Below, in pieces: positions 37,191-49,325 of a DNA stretch of 64,000 nucleotides; position 1 is the first letter of the stretch, and each line of letters starts with the position of its first letter. The notes beneath the pieces are model-generated. The model was not told where the DNA came from, did no database searches, and saw nothing but the letters and a program-made list of their open reading frames with translations. Source of the stretch: Octopus sinensis (lineage: Eukaryota); the NCBI RefSeq assembly GCF_006345805.1, contig NC_043007.1:1116001-1180000 (forward strand), in the 5' to 3' direction. Position numbers and translations under genes: made by a program.

Positions 37191-37399
37191 TCTTGGCTGA
37201 GAATGAGCACCAGACAAACACTAAGCCTAGCACTTTCTTCCCTCAGCTTCTCGGCTTCCCCGCGAGGTCGGGGAAGTCGAGAAGCTGTTTGTGTCTGCCC
37301 GCAATGTGCAAACGCACCGAACATAATAACAGAATAACCGAATAACAGAACAAGCGAAAGCGTGGTACATGTGAGGGAGTCTAACGACGATTGACTCAT

Positions 37400-38871
37400 T
37401 CGTATGTATGTATGTATGTATGCATGTATGTATGTATGTATGTATGTATGTATGTATGTATGTATGTATGTATGTATGTATGCATGCATGCATGTATGTA
37501 TGTATGTATGTATGTATGTATGTATGTATGTATGCATGTATGTATGTATGTATGTATGTATGTATGTATGCATGTATGTATGTATGTATGTATGTATGTA
37601 TGTATGCATGCATGCATGCATGCATGTATGTATGTATGTATGTATGTATGTATGTATGTATGCATGCATGTATGTATGTATGTATGTATGTATGTATGTA
37701 TGTATGTATGCATGTATGTATGTATGTATGTATGTATGTATGAATGTATGTATGTATGTATGTATGTATGTATGTATGTATGCATGTATGTATGTATGCA
37801 TGCATGCATGCATGCATGTATGTATGTATGTATGTATGTATGCATGTATGTATGTATGTATGTATCTATGTATGTATGTATGTATGTATGTATGTATGTA
37901 TGAATGTATGTATGTATGTATGTATGAATGTATGTATGTATGTATGTATGTATGTATGCATGTATGTATGTATGTATGTATGTATTTATGTATGTATGTA
38001 TGTATTTATGTATGTATGTATGTATGTATGTATGTATGTATGTATGTATGTATGTATGCATGCATGCATGCATGCATGTATGTATGTATGTATGTATGTA
38101 TGTATGTATGTATGCATGCATGTATGTATGTATGTATGTATGTATGTATGTATGTATGTATGTATGTATGTATGTATGTATGTATGTATGTATGTATGCA
38201 TGCATGTATGTATGTATGTATGCATGTATGTATGTATGAATGTATGTATGTATGAATGTATGTATGTATGTATGTATGTATGTATGTATGTATGTATGTA
38301 TACATGTATGCATGCATGCATGCATGCATGCATGTATGTATGTATGTATGTATGTATGTATGTATGTATGAATGTATGTATGTATGAATGTATGTATGTA
38401 TGTATGTATGTATGCATGTATGTATGTATGTATGTATGTATGTATGTATGTATTTATGTATGTATGTATTTATGTATGTATGAATGTATACATGTATGTA
38501 TGTATGTATGTATGTATGCATGCATGTATGTATGTATGTATGTATTTATGTATGTATGCATGTATGTATGCATGTATGTTTGTATGTATGTATTTATGTA
38601 TGTATGTATGTCATTATTCAGTTTTATTCCAAGATTTCTTGCAATAGAGAAAGGGCCGGTTTCTAACATGTATGTATGTATGTATGTTTGTATGTATGTA
38701 TGTATGTATGTATGTATGTATGAATGTATGCATGTATGTATGTATGTATGTATGTATGTATGTATGTATGTATGTATGCATGCATGTATGTATGTATGTA
38801 TGTATTTATGTATGTATGCATGTATGTATGCATGTATGTTTGTATGTATGTATTTATGTATGTATGTATGT
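37400..38871 (+). repeat. (TATG)n array, about 1.45 kb, containing a duplicated LINE terminus at 38611-38669
   Basis: Direct reading of the sequence. Confidence 0.95.
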
Positions 38872-39124
38872 CATTATTCAGTTTTATTCCAAGATTTCTT
38901 GCAATAGAGAAAGGGCCGGTTTCTAACATAGACCCGAGGCTCCTTCCTTGGAATTTCAACATCAACAACAGGGTATTTTTTATTTCTTTGTATGTATATG
39001 TGGAAATTTGTATGCTTTGTTTTATGTATGTCTTCTCATGCACAAACTTTCATATCAAGAAATGCTCATATATACTTAAATGATAAACTTCTGGAAAGTT
39101 TTACAGATTTTTACAGTTCCAGTC
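38872..39124 (-). mobile_element. RLE-type LINE 3' end, copy E, with complete UTR and (CATA)n tail
   Basis: TGTVKICKTFQKFII*, a short internal CATA tract, and an AATAAAACTGAATAATGA(CATA)n end. Confidence 0.72.
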
Positions 39125-39184
39125 AAACAGAAATTCCAGTCATATTCCAGTCTCAGTCGTGTAGAAAGACAAATGAGAGCAATG

Positions 39185-39500
39185 TCGGGAGACAGTGAAA
39201 GAGATGCAATTAAAAGAGAGCGAAGACGTATATTTCTATAAATATAAAAGTACAACATACTCGTGAAATCTCGTCTGATTGCAACCCAAGTATAAAAACA
39301 TGATGTCATAACTGTTATTGCAGTTAAGACTTTTAAGACGATTTGTTTTCTTAGTAATGATATCATGGTAAGTGTGTTAAATGAAGGCAAGATATATTTG
39401 TTGAATCGGTTTGGGAATTTTACTGGAAATGTGACATTTTTTCTCTGTCATCTGTGAGAATAAGTTGAAAGAAAATATGAATGAGGTCAGATAAATTAGT
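39185..39500 (+). repeat. Unclassified repeat of about 310 bp, copy 2
   Basis: Colinear with 36885-37190. Confidence 0.7.
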
Positions 39501-40156
39501 TTAAATTATTCCATTGTGGAACAATGAAAAAATAGATGAAAGGAAAGGGAATAGAGATATAGGGAGAAGGCAGAGAAATAAAAGTACTACAAACATGCAC
39601 ATACTTACACAGACAAATAAAAGTACGAATGGCTCACACACACATACACACACGTCCGTGCATACACATTTCGTAAATTCTTGCATCCAATCGCAACACA
39701 AACACACACAGACACTCAAGCATTCATGGGAAAGTCAACCCAAACTCAACCAGCATTTACTTCTTGTGGTTTCTCATGTACCAGTGACCTGATTTTCAAA
39801 TAGAACAGACCGTATGCTCAGAGCCTAAAGATTGCCCGGAGACTCAATGTACGTTATGAAGACCTGCCTAGTTACGTGTCTTCACAGCAATAAACTAGTA
39901 GTAGTTCTTGCGTTTATACTGTGAACATTAAATGATACACACATACACACAGACACACAGACATACACACATATATAAACAATGAACATACATACACACA
40001 TATACACACACGCGCATATATATATACATACATATACACACGATATATATATATGTATATATATATATGTATATATATATGTATATATATATATATATGT
40101 ATGTATGTATGTATGCATATATGTATATACACAGACACACACACATGTATGTATGT

Positions 40157-40367
40157 CATTATTCAGTTTTATTTCAAGATTTCTTGTCAATAGAGAAAGA
40201 ACCGGTTACTGACCTAGATCCAAGGTTCCTTCATTGGAATTTTAACACCAACAACAGGGTATTTTTGTTTATATGTATGTGCGTGTGTGTGTGTGTATGT
40301 ATGTATGTATGTATGTATGTATGTATGTATGTATGTATACATGCATGTATGTATGTATGTATGTATG

Positions 40368-40401
<34 letters not shown>

Positions 40402-40479
40402 TGTATGTATGTATATATGCATGTATGTATGTATGTATGTATGTAAATATGTATGTATGTATGTATATATGTATGTATG

Positions 40480-40513
<34 letters not shown>

Positions 40514-40661
40514 TACATGCATGTATGTATGTATGTATGTATGTATGTATGTATGTATGTATATGCAGATTTGTATGTTTTATGTATGTTTCTCATGCAT
40601 ATAGTTTCATATCTAGAAATGCTCATATATATTTAAATGATAAACTTCTGAAATGTTTTAC
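40157..40661 (-). mobile_element. RLE-type LINE 3' end, copy F, with an expanded internal (CATA)n of about 300 bp
   Basis: CKTFQKFII*. The UTR halves match copy E but are separated by (TATG)n at 40265-40565. Confidence 0.7.
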
Positions 40662-40718
40662 ACACACATACACACACATGCACACACACACACACACACA
40701 CATACACACACACATATA

Positions 40719-42358
40719 CTGTGTTTTCCCGAAAATAAGACCTACTCCGAAAATAAGCCCTACCATGATTTCTTAAGATGTTTTTAAGATAAGCCCTACC
40801 CCGAAAATAAGACCTAGTCAAAAGGGCATCAGCTTGTTAGCAAGACCATATATTGTTTGCAAAATAAACCAGCAACCACAACTGGATATACTCCCAGAGA
40901 TATTCAAAGCATCACCTCATTGGTTGGATAACTTCCTTCAGTGATAAGAGCTTTCTCTAAGAAGATCGACAACATTGTTCAAATTGGAGGATGCTGAAGT
41001 GATTCAATGTGGACTTGCATTCAAGTTCTTCGTTGATGGCATCGAATTTTTAAATACAATCTCTCCAATATAATTGCTATGGGTGAAACCACAGTATTTA
41101 TGGGCCGAGCATCTAAAACGACAATTGAACAGACAGGTGCCTCGTCAATCTACGTTGCCTCAACGGGTTACGAAAATACAAGAGTTACTTGTAATTTAGC
41201 AATTCGTCTTGATGGAACAAAAATCCCACCAAAGAGCAAAAAAGAAAAAATAGAACGAGTTTCAGACATTTATGTCCTTGAAACGGAAAATGCTTGGTGC
41301 AACAAGTTGTTATAAAAAAATGGGTTGATTTAACTATGCTATTTGTTTTACGTGGTTCTCAAAGAGGTCTTTTAGTCTGGGATCCAGCCAGTACTCATTG
41401 CGCAAAAGATATGAAAAACTTTCCTTTCTGAATGTAGGATTGACAACATAATGATTTGCGCGGGAATGGCTTCATGTCTACAAACACCAGATCTTGTAAT
41501 AAACAAACCCTTCGAGGATTATTTGCGGATGGATGTGAATGAATATATTGAACATAGAATGGAGAGAGATCAGCGTGGAAACTTTGTCAAACCCAACCGT
41601 GAATTGGGTGAAGAATTCATGGAATAAAATTACCGACAGTTGCGTTGCCAATGCACTAAGAGTAGGGTACTTGACCAAAAAGTGTTCATTTCAGGAAGGT
41701 TGTATTGCCAAACATAAGAGATTTGTTCCTTTTCGAGCCATGCCTGGCTCATAAGGGCCGGTTTCCCGGTTTCCTTGGCGTATAGGTCTCCCACCTGGAC
41801 TGGACGCCGGTGTGTTGCAGGTGAGCTGCTAGATGCAGGAAGAAAGAGTGAGAGAAAGTTGTGGCGAAAGAGTCAGCAGAAGTTCACGATTACCTTCTGC
41901 CGGAGCCGATTGGAGCTTAGGTGTTTCACTCATAAACACACACATCGCCCGGTCTGAGATTCGAACCCGCGATCCCTCCACCGTGAGTCCGCTGCTCTAA
42001 CCACTGGGCCATGTGCCTCTACAAACATAAGAGATCGGAGTCTATGATTCGACAGGAAATGGATTTTCAAGAAACTCAGTCTGAAGTTCGGGGTTTGATG
42101 ATTTATGGCGATGTTCCAGAAGAGGACGAAATGTTGGTACTTGACTAAAAACAATCAGCAAATGAATAAACTTTTGATAACTAAAAACATGGGTCTTCTT
42201 TTTACAAGTTTTTCCTTTTACACGAGAACATGAGGCTTTTTTGTCTTTCTTGGATTTTTTTCCGCAAAAATATAAAACATCCCCCGAAAATAAGCCCTAC
42301 TGCGTTCTTTGGAGGCAAAATTAATATAAGACCGGCTTTTATTTTCGGGGAAACACAG
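40719..42358 (+). mobile_element. pogo-like (Tc1/mariner superfamily) DNA transposon relic with both TIRs
   Basis: TA|CTGTGTTTTCCCGAAAATAAG at the left end and TTATTTTCGGGGAAACACAG|TA at the right. Repeated CCGAAAATAAG motifs. DDE_1 remnants GETTVF, STGYENTRVTCNLAIRLDGTKIPP, VWDPASTH, LQTPDLVINKPF. Confidence 0.85.
41737..42022 (-). mobile_element. Family C SINE nested inside the pogo relic
   Basis: TGGCCCAGTGGTTAGAGCAGCGGACTC head and GGTTCGAATC B-box. Confidence 0.78.
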
Positions 42359-42635
42359 TATATATATATGTATATATACACAAAGACCACACACACACAC
42401 AAACACACACACATATATGTATACGACGGGCTTCTTTCAGTTTCTGTCTACAAATGTATTCACAAAGATTTGGGCGACCCGAGGCTATAGTAGAAGACTT
42501 GCTCAATGTGCCATACAGTAGGACTGAACCCGGAACCATGTGGTTGGGAAACAATTTTCCTACCACAAAGCCATGCCTGTGCCTATATATATATATATAT
42601 ATATATATATTTAATTATGATGATGATGATGATGA

Positions 42636-42673
<38 letters not shown>

Positions 42674-43159
42674 ATAATAATAATAATAATAATAAAAATA
42701 ATAATATTGCGATGTGTATGCAGCTGTGAGAGGAAATACACACACACACATATATGTATATATGTATTTATACATATAATTTATAGATATACATACACAC
42801 ACGCACATTTGTAAATATATATATGTATATATATTTATATGTATGTATATATGTGTGTACATATGTATGTATATATATTTGTGTGTGTATATATTATACA
42901 CATACAGACACGCAGAGATACAGACACAGACACACACTCATGCACACACACGCATACACATACATACATTCACACACGCACACACACATATAAATATACA
43001 TAGTTATAGATATATATTTGTTTACTTTTATGTGGGTGGAGGCACGGGGTAAGTCACTTAGGTAGGCACTTTTTGAGAAAGAAAGAAAGAAAGGAAGTAA
43101 GTAAGGAAGGAAGGAAGAAAGGAAGGAAGCATATATTCGATGACCTTAGATTTTAAAGT

Positions 43160-43610
43160 GAAGTGTAGTGGTGGTAGTGGTGGTGGTGGTGGTGATGGTG
43201 GTGGTGGTGGTGGTGGTGGTGGTGATGGTGGTGGTGGTGGTGGTGGATGGTGGTGGTGGTGGTTGTGGTGATGTGGTGGTGGTTGTGGTGATGGTGGTGG
43301 TGGTGATTGTGGTGATGGTGGTGGTGGTGGTGGTGGTGGTGGTGATGGTGGTGGTGGTTGTGGTGATTGTGGTTGTGGTGGTGGTGGTGGTGGTGATTGT
43401 GGTGTGGTGGTGGTGGTGGTTGTGGTGATGGTGGTGGTGATGGTGGTGGTGGTTGTGGTGATTGTGGTTGTGGTGGTGGTGGTGGTGGTGGTGGTGATTG
43501 TGGTAATGGTGGTGGTGGTGGTGGTGATGGTGGTGGTGGTTGTGGTGATGGTGGTGGTGGTTGTGGTGATTGTGGTTGTGGTGGTGGTGGTGGTGGTGGT
43601 GGTGGTGGTG
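43160..43610 (+). repeat. (GGT)n microsatellite with GAT/GTT variants
   Basis: Direct reading of the sequence. Confidence 0.95.
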
Positions 43611-43987
43611 GGAAGAAACGGTTTCAAGTTGAGAATGTGATAATATTGTGTTTATTTTTATGACCGATATTTACAAGGCGGGAGTGTCATGGGTGGAGAA
43701 ATAATCTAGGTAGGAAATTAGGCAGAAATATATAAGAAATGTGGGAGCGCGGGTGGGTGGGTGGTGCCGAATACATTAATATATGGAAATACTGTTAATT
43801 TTAGGTTTTGTTAAAGTTGTATTCAATTTCGACATTTCAAAGATTGATTACCAAATCTTTTATCATTTATGCTTAGCTTGATTCAGTCATTGGACTGCAG
43901 CCATACCAGAAAGCCGCTTTCATGGGTTTAGTCGGACAAATTGACCCCAGAACTGAATTGTTTAAGACTGGTGTTTACTAAAATAAG

Positions 43988-44150
43988 CACCAGTCTCGTA
44001 CGAGGGTAACAAAAGGTACCGAAACCGTCCCCCACCGGCACCGTGAAGCCGGGGCTCGAGATGTCAGTGGGTCATCCCGAGTCGTGCGAAAGCCTACCTC
44101 GTGGGATTGGTCACACTTTATCTCACTTTGAGATAACGTGTGTGCATTTA
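43988..44150 (+). ncRNA. Candidate HDV-like (nested double pseudoknot) ribozyme fold, probably degenerate
   Basis: P1 ACCAGTC (43989-43995) pairs with GATTGGT (44105-44111). P3/L3 is GCC-TACCTCGT-GG. P4 hairpin spans 44112-44142, with C at 44145. P1.1 and G1 are missing and P2 is imperfect. Confidence 0.3.
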
Positions 44151-44320
44151 TGTAAGAGGGAGGTGAGAGTTAGTGTGTGTGTGAGAGAGAAGGAGAGTGA
44201 GAGAAGGAGAATATAGAGAGACACTGACACACAGACAGACAGAGAAATAGACATAGAGAATGTGAGAGAAAGAATGAGGTTGAAAAACGAATAATTGAAA
44301 TGAGGGAAATATTTAATTCA

Positions 44321-45167
44321 GCAATGTTCAACTTTGCAATGACCACCTTAGAAATGCTCAACTTCGTAATAATCAGCTTTGTAATGATCAACTTCGTAAT
44401 GATCAACTTCGTAATGATCAACTTCGTAATGATCAACTTTGTAATGATCAACTTTGTAATGATCAACTTTGTAATGCTCAACTTCGTAATAATCAATTTT
44501 GTAATGATCAACTTCGTAATGATCAACTTTGTAATGATCAACTTTATAATGATCAACTTTGTAATGATCAACTTTGTAATGATCAACTTTGTAATGATCA
44601 ACTTCGTAATGATCAACTTTGTAATGATCAATTTTGTAATGATCAACTTTGTAATGATCAACTTTGTAATGCTCAACTTTGTAATGATCAACTTTGTAAT
44701 GATCAACTTTGTAATGATCAACTTTGTAATGATCAACTTTGTAATGATCAACTTTGTAATGCTCAACTTTGTAATGATCAACCATGTAATGATCAACTTT
44801 GTAATGATCAACTTTGTAATGATCAACTTTGTAATGCTCAACTTTGTAATGATCAACTTTGTAATGATCAACTTTGTAATGATCAACTTTATAATGATCA
44901 ACTTCGTAATGTTCAACTTTGTAATGATGAACTTTGTAATGCTCAACTTTGTAATGATCAGCTTTGTAATGATCAACTTTGTAATGATCAACTTCGTAAT
45001 GATCAACTTCGTAATGATCAACTTTGTAATGATCAACTTTGTAATGATGAACTTTGTAATGCTCAACTTCGTAATAATCAACATTGTAATGATCAATTTT
45101 GTAATGACCAGCATATGAACTGATTGACTTTGTAAATGAATATTCAATTCCATAATGATCAACTTAC
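44321..45167 (+). repeat. 15-bp minisatellite GTAATGATCAACTTY, about 52 units plus degenerate units reaching the splice donor
   Basis: Direct reading of the sequence. Confidence 0.95.
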
Positions 45168-45240
45168 CAAAATACGAGAAAATGGTGAAATCATACTTCC
45201 AATACTGCCACATAACGTCAGAAATCCCAAACCGATGTTT
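45168..45240 (-). CDS. SLC22-like: SLC22-family transporter exon (73 nt, phase 2-0)
   Basis: Acceptor actttcag, donor gtaagt. Encodes NIGLGFLTLCGSIGSMISPFSRIL (TM11, RN.G.G...G...SP). Confidence 0.92.
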
Positions 45241-45795
45241 CTGAAAGTATAGATAAACAATACAATGATCAGTGTTACTTTTGAAGTCGTGAGTTCGATT
45301 CCTGGACTGGGAAGGGAGTTATCTCCTCGAACAAGACACTTTATTTCACTAGGCACAAATAGCATCTTTCTCAGAACAGCGTGTAGTTTTCTTTACTGAA
45401 GATGGCAAGCAGTTTGATAAAGATTTGGCCGTTATTTCTCCCGCGAGGGTCCGTGTAGCTCCCCTGTTAATATATTTTCTTTGTATTGTTATGTTAAAGA
45501 TATATAATATTAAAGAATGAGGATCTGTTCTGTTTCGATCACAGATTTTAAAATTATTTTTTTAAACTAAACAGTTTGAAACTTCGTATACTGGTGTAAT
45601 TTCTCGTGCTGAACACGGTTCACATTCAACATTTTTGACAAAATTTCGTATTTCAGAAGTTATTTCGTGTTAAAGTTGTCGAATTTGGGTAATTTTAACC
45701 AATCAACGACGTGTATTCAGTTGAAGAAAGCTTACTGCTGTTTGCGATTGTAATTGAAGAACAACTTCAAGAATGATATCAAAAATACCACATAC

Positions 45796-45916
45796 CTTAG
45801 GTTAGTAGGATATACTTCTGGTGTGTATAACCAAATAACGCAATATGAAGCACTAATTCCAAACATGCCCATCATACTACACACTGTATTAATAATAGAA
45901 AGTACTTTGCCTCCTT
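45796..45916 (-). CDS. SLC22-like: SLC22-family transporter exon (121 nt, phase 1-2)
   Basis: Acceptor tatttcag, donor gtatgt. Encodes GGKVLSIINTVCSMMGMFGISASYCVIWLYTPEVYPTNL(R), the E.YPT..R signature after TM10. Confidence 0.93.
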
Positions 45917-46139
45917 CTGAAATAAATAAATAAGTAAATAAATAAATAAATAAATAATTGTAAACGTTATTTCATTTTACTTTGTGAAGAAAACATGGTT
46001 GTAGTGGAGGTAGAAGTTTCTATATTATAAGGGACAACATCATATTTTTGTTATACGAGATTAATAGACTGTTCGGGGATAGCTGCATAAAGATATTTCC
46101 GTATCGATCTCCTGCGAGTTGATAATATTTTGGCTAATA

Positions 46140-46375
46140 AACGACGGCGAGCTGGCAGAAACGTTATCACGCCCGGCGAAATGCTTAGCGGTATTTCGTC
46201 TGCCGCTACGTTCTGAGTTCAGATTCCGCCAAGGTCAACTTTGTCTTTCATCCTTTCGGGGTCGATTAAATAAGTACCAGTTACGCACTGGGGTCGATAT
46301 AATCGACTTAATCCGTTTGTCTGTCCTTGTTTGTCCTCTCTGTGTTTAGCCCCCTGTGGGTAGTAAAGAAATAAA
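46140..46375 (+). mobile_element. Family B SINE, near full length
   Basis: GGCGAGCTGGCAGAAACGTTA...GTTCTGAGTTCAGATTCCG...GGGTAGTAAAGAAATA. Confidence 0.78.
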
Positions 46376-47367
46376 TATTTTGGCTAATATATTTAGTGAA
46401 ACACTGTCTCCTAATATAAATTTGTTTGCATAAAAAAGGGGCACCCCGTCAGTTAAAATGACGAGGGTTCCAGTTGATACGATCAACGGAACAGCTTGCT
46501 CGTGAAATTAATGTGCAAGTGGCTGAGCACTCCGCAGACATGTATACCCTTATCGTAGTACTCAGGGAGGTTCAGCATGATACAGGGTGGTGGACTATTG
46601 GAATGTTTGGCACATGGGACGGGTATCATGCAGTATCCGTTCCGGTTCTTTGTGTTCTGAGTTCGAATCCAGCCGTGATCGACTTAATCCGCCACTGTCT
46701 AACTCCACTACACCCTGGTACTTTGTGTGTCCCTAACAGAAGACTCCACTCTATTGTAAGCATTTGAATTAGATTTCCAGTTTGAGGATATTTTCTTCCT
46801 TCCCTCTTTTGAGCTTTGGATGCCCTGAAAAATGTCAGGTATACAGTCCTGGCCCTTCTCTAAGAAATATAAGCAGGCATCCTTCAAATCACAAATTGCC
46901 ATCGTAAAATAAGAATGACTCAAGATTTTGAATGGAATAGTCAACACGTTTTAGTATAGGTACAAGACCTGTAATTTGGGGGGAATGGATTAATCGATTA
47001 CACTAACTCCAGTACACAACTGGTATTTATTTTAAGGATGAAAGGTAAAGTCGACCTGAAGAGTAACTATTACTCTCTGAAGGCCTTCCATGGGAAGAAG
47101 AGAAGTCGTGCTCGAATCAAAGATTAAGTTGGTACGACTGCTTCAAACAGAGCGGAATTCACAAAATCATCTCACAAGGCCCAAATGACGGTGTTGAACA
47201 AGGCGACGAATTAAGTTTACGGATAATCTTATTCGGGGTATACAGAAAGGAACAAAAATGTATTATTACGCATCTACCGAACAGGGAGCAGGGTTAACTC
47301 AGGGATAAACAACGATAAAAGCTGGTCTTTTAGTTGTACTGAACCGTTAAATTAAAAATCAACATAC

Positions 47368-47453
47368 TTCCAAAGTTGTTAACCAGGACCGCACAAAGAA
47401 GAGATACACCGGATAAACACTGGAATAATGCCATTGTTGAACGCCTTTGTAAC
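47368..47453 (-). CDS. SLC22-like: SLC22-family transporter exon (86 nt, phase 2-1)
   Basis: Acceptor ttttccag, donor gtatgt. Encodes LQRRSTMALFQCLSGVSLLCAVLVNNFG (TM9). Phases match both neighbours. Confidence 0.88.
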
Positions 47454-47524
47454 CTGGAAAATTTAAGAAAGATATTTACATACATCCATGCATACATACA
47501 TACATACATACATACATACATACA

Positions 47525-47555
<31 letters not shown>

Positions 47556-48089
47556 CAACAGAAAAAGTACAGTGAGATTGGTCTTGTAAAAATCCAACGT
47601 TTCGGAAAAAGTCTTTCTTCAGGAAAAAATTAACGTGAGTGAATTTAAAGAAAGACATCAAAGATTTACATCTTCTATGTTTGAGAAACTGGTTGCCACT
47701 CCAACATAAAATATATCAAATTCTGCCATCATTTTACTACTGTTAACTTAGTAGTCGTGCACACCACTTGTGTTGAGATCCTAAAACCCTTCAGTCGAAG
47801 TCACACAGTCACAGTCCACTTCAAACAGGAAGGTAGTTTTTTGTTAGAATTAGCTTAAGCCTATGTATCTCGTATATATTTCTGTACAAATTTCATATTT
47901 CTAAAGTAGCTCTTTTACTCCAAAGCTACTCGAATAAGTACCAAACTGTAAAAAAGGTTAATATTAGTGTCAATTTGCTTGACTAAAACCCTTCAAGGCA
48001 ATACCCCAGCATGGCCACAGCGAATATATGAAACAAGTAAAAAAAAGACAAAATGATAAAACAAAGGAACAAAAATAATGTATATTTAC

Positions 48090-48224
48090 TTGAAAAGCAG
48101 CATGGCCATCAATAAATTTGCGACCACTTCCGTAATGGATACCAAAAAGAAATTCAAATAATGATCGCCTGCCAGCGCAGACGACGTCAAATATATGCCG
48201 TAGTACGTTAGACTGTTCGACAAC
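48090..48224 (-). CDS. SLC22-like: SLC22-family transporter exon (135 nt, phase 2-2)
   Basis: Acceptor cgtttcag, donor gtaaat. Encodes LSNSLTYYGIYLTSSALAGDHYLNFFLVSITEVVANLLMAMLLF(K), the TM7-8 YYG...Y.NF...E motif. Confidence 0.93.
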
Positions 48225-49325
48225 CTGAAACGTTTTAACAGTTAAAAAGTATTTAATAAAGCATACATTAAAAAAATCTTTCTGTCGATAATAAATTTAA
48301 TCAATATTAACACTTATCTTTGCACAAAAAATGTATATTTATATCTAGACAACGATTCGAACTGCGATCGTCATCAGTTCTTTTCATTCCTATGTGTACA
48401 TGGCTGCTTACTTAAGAAATTCTTTCTATTCACGTTCATCAACCCCCAAGTTCGACCCCAAAGCATGGCATCTAAAGCAAGCAGTTTGTTTATTTATTAC
48501 TATTGTCTCGGATCAACTGTGAGTGAAACTGTTCATACTCGGATCAACTGTTCATAAAAATCTAATATAGGCTTATATAGAGATGATGGGCTAACCTTTC
48601 ACGGCTATGAAATTGACAAATTCAGAAGAAATGTAACAAAGACCTTTAAAAAATTCGACATAAAATAACAGTAGACACTAACAAATCTGGTAAACTACCT
48701 TGACTCTCGAAACACACCTTGCTAGCTCTTAGAGTTATCGGACTGTAGGATATGCGTTTCTGCGTTGTTGCACATCGTCAGCTATAGATATAATAAATTT
48801 GCTATTGTAAGCTTCGTAAAGCTGGAATTGGTTAACTAGCAACGCACTTAGCAGTGATGGTCAATGACCTATGGATTCAGTGTCTGTAACTTATGAAGTG
48901 TAACGATGCAGAAACAAACATATATCATACAGACTTCATTCATAGTCCAGCGTGGAGTATTTTCCCACTCATTATATATATATGTGTGCATGTGTGTGTA
49001 TATATATGTTGATATGCATATATAAGTATATGTATATATATATATAATTTATGTGTGTGCGCGTGCGTGTGTGTATGTGTAAGTATTGGAGGCAATATCC
49101 CCGCCTGAAGATCGCAGATACATGAAATTGTCTCATGTGACCAACTCTGTTTCACTCTCAATATAAAAGGAAACTATATTTTCTAGATGTATGGAACATT
49201 CCCTTTTCACCCTCCGTCATAAACCAACGTATGCACGCACGCACACACACGCACACACATACACACATACGCACATGTATGCACGTATGTATGTATGTAT
49301 GTATGTATGTATGTATGTATGTATG

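Noticed and set aside
12979-40776. Many long MYVC/HTYI ORFs (up to 412 aa)
   Set aside because: These are stop-free translations of (TATG)n and (CA)n microsatellites.
43058-43663. Thr/Pro-rich mucin- or extensin-like ORF
   Set aside because: It is a (GGT)n microsatellite with no splice or homology support.
44321-45110. CRISPR-like array (also considered for 16437-16651)
   Set aside because: The units are directly adjacent with no unique spacers, there are no cas genes, and the context is eukaryotic.
44170-45213. 347-aa ITKLI and 272-aa MINFV repeat ORFs as a repeat protein
   Set aside because: A 15-bp unit keeps the frame open by chance, and the array lies in an intron of a well-supported gene.
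46708-46947. 79-aa ORF as an SLC22 exon
   Set aside because: It has no transporter motifs, and the exon chain closes in phase without it.
47200-47260. FLYTP-like stretch as the TM10 exon
   Set aside because: The true exon with LYTPEVYPTNLR is at 45796-45916.
48335-48380. CTGATGA...GAATCGTTGTC hammerhead-like motif on the minus strand
   Set aside because: The GAAA box is mutated and neither stem I nor stem II pairs convincingly.
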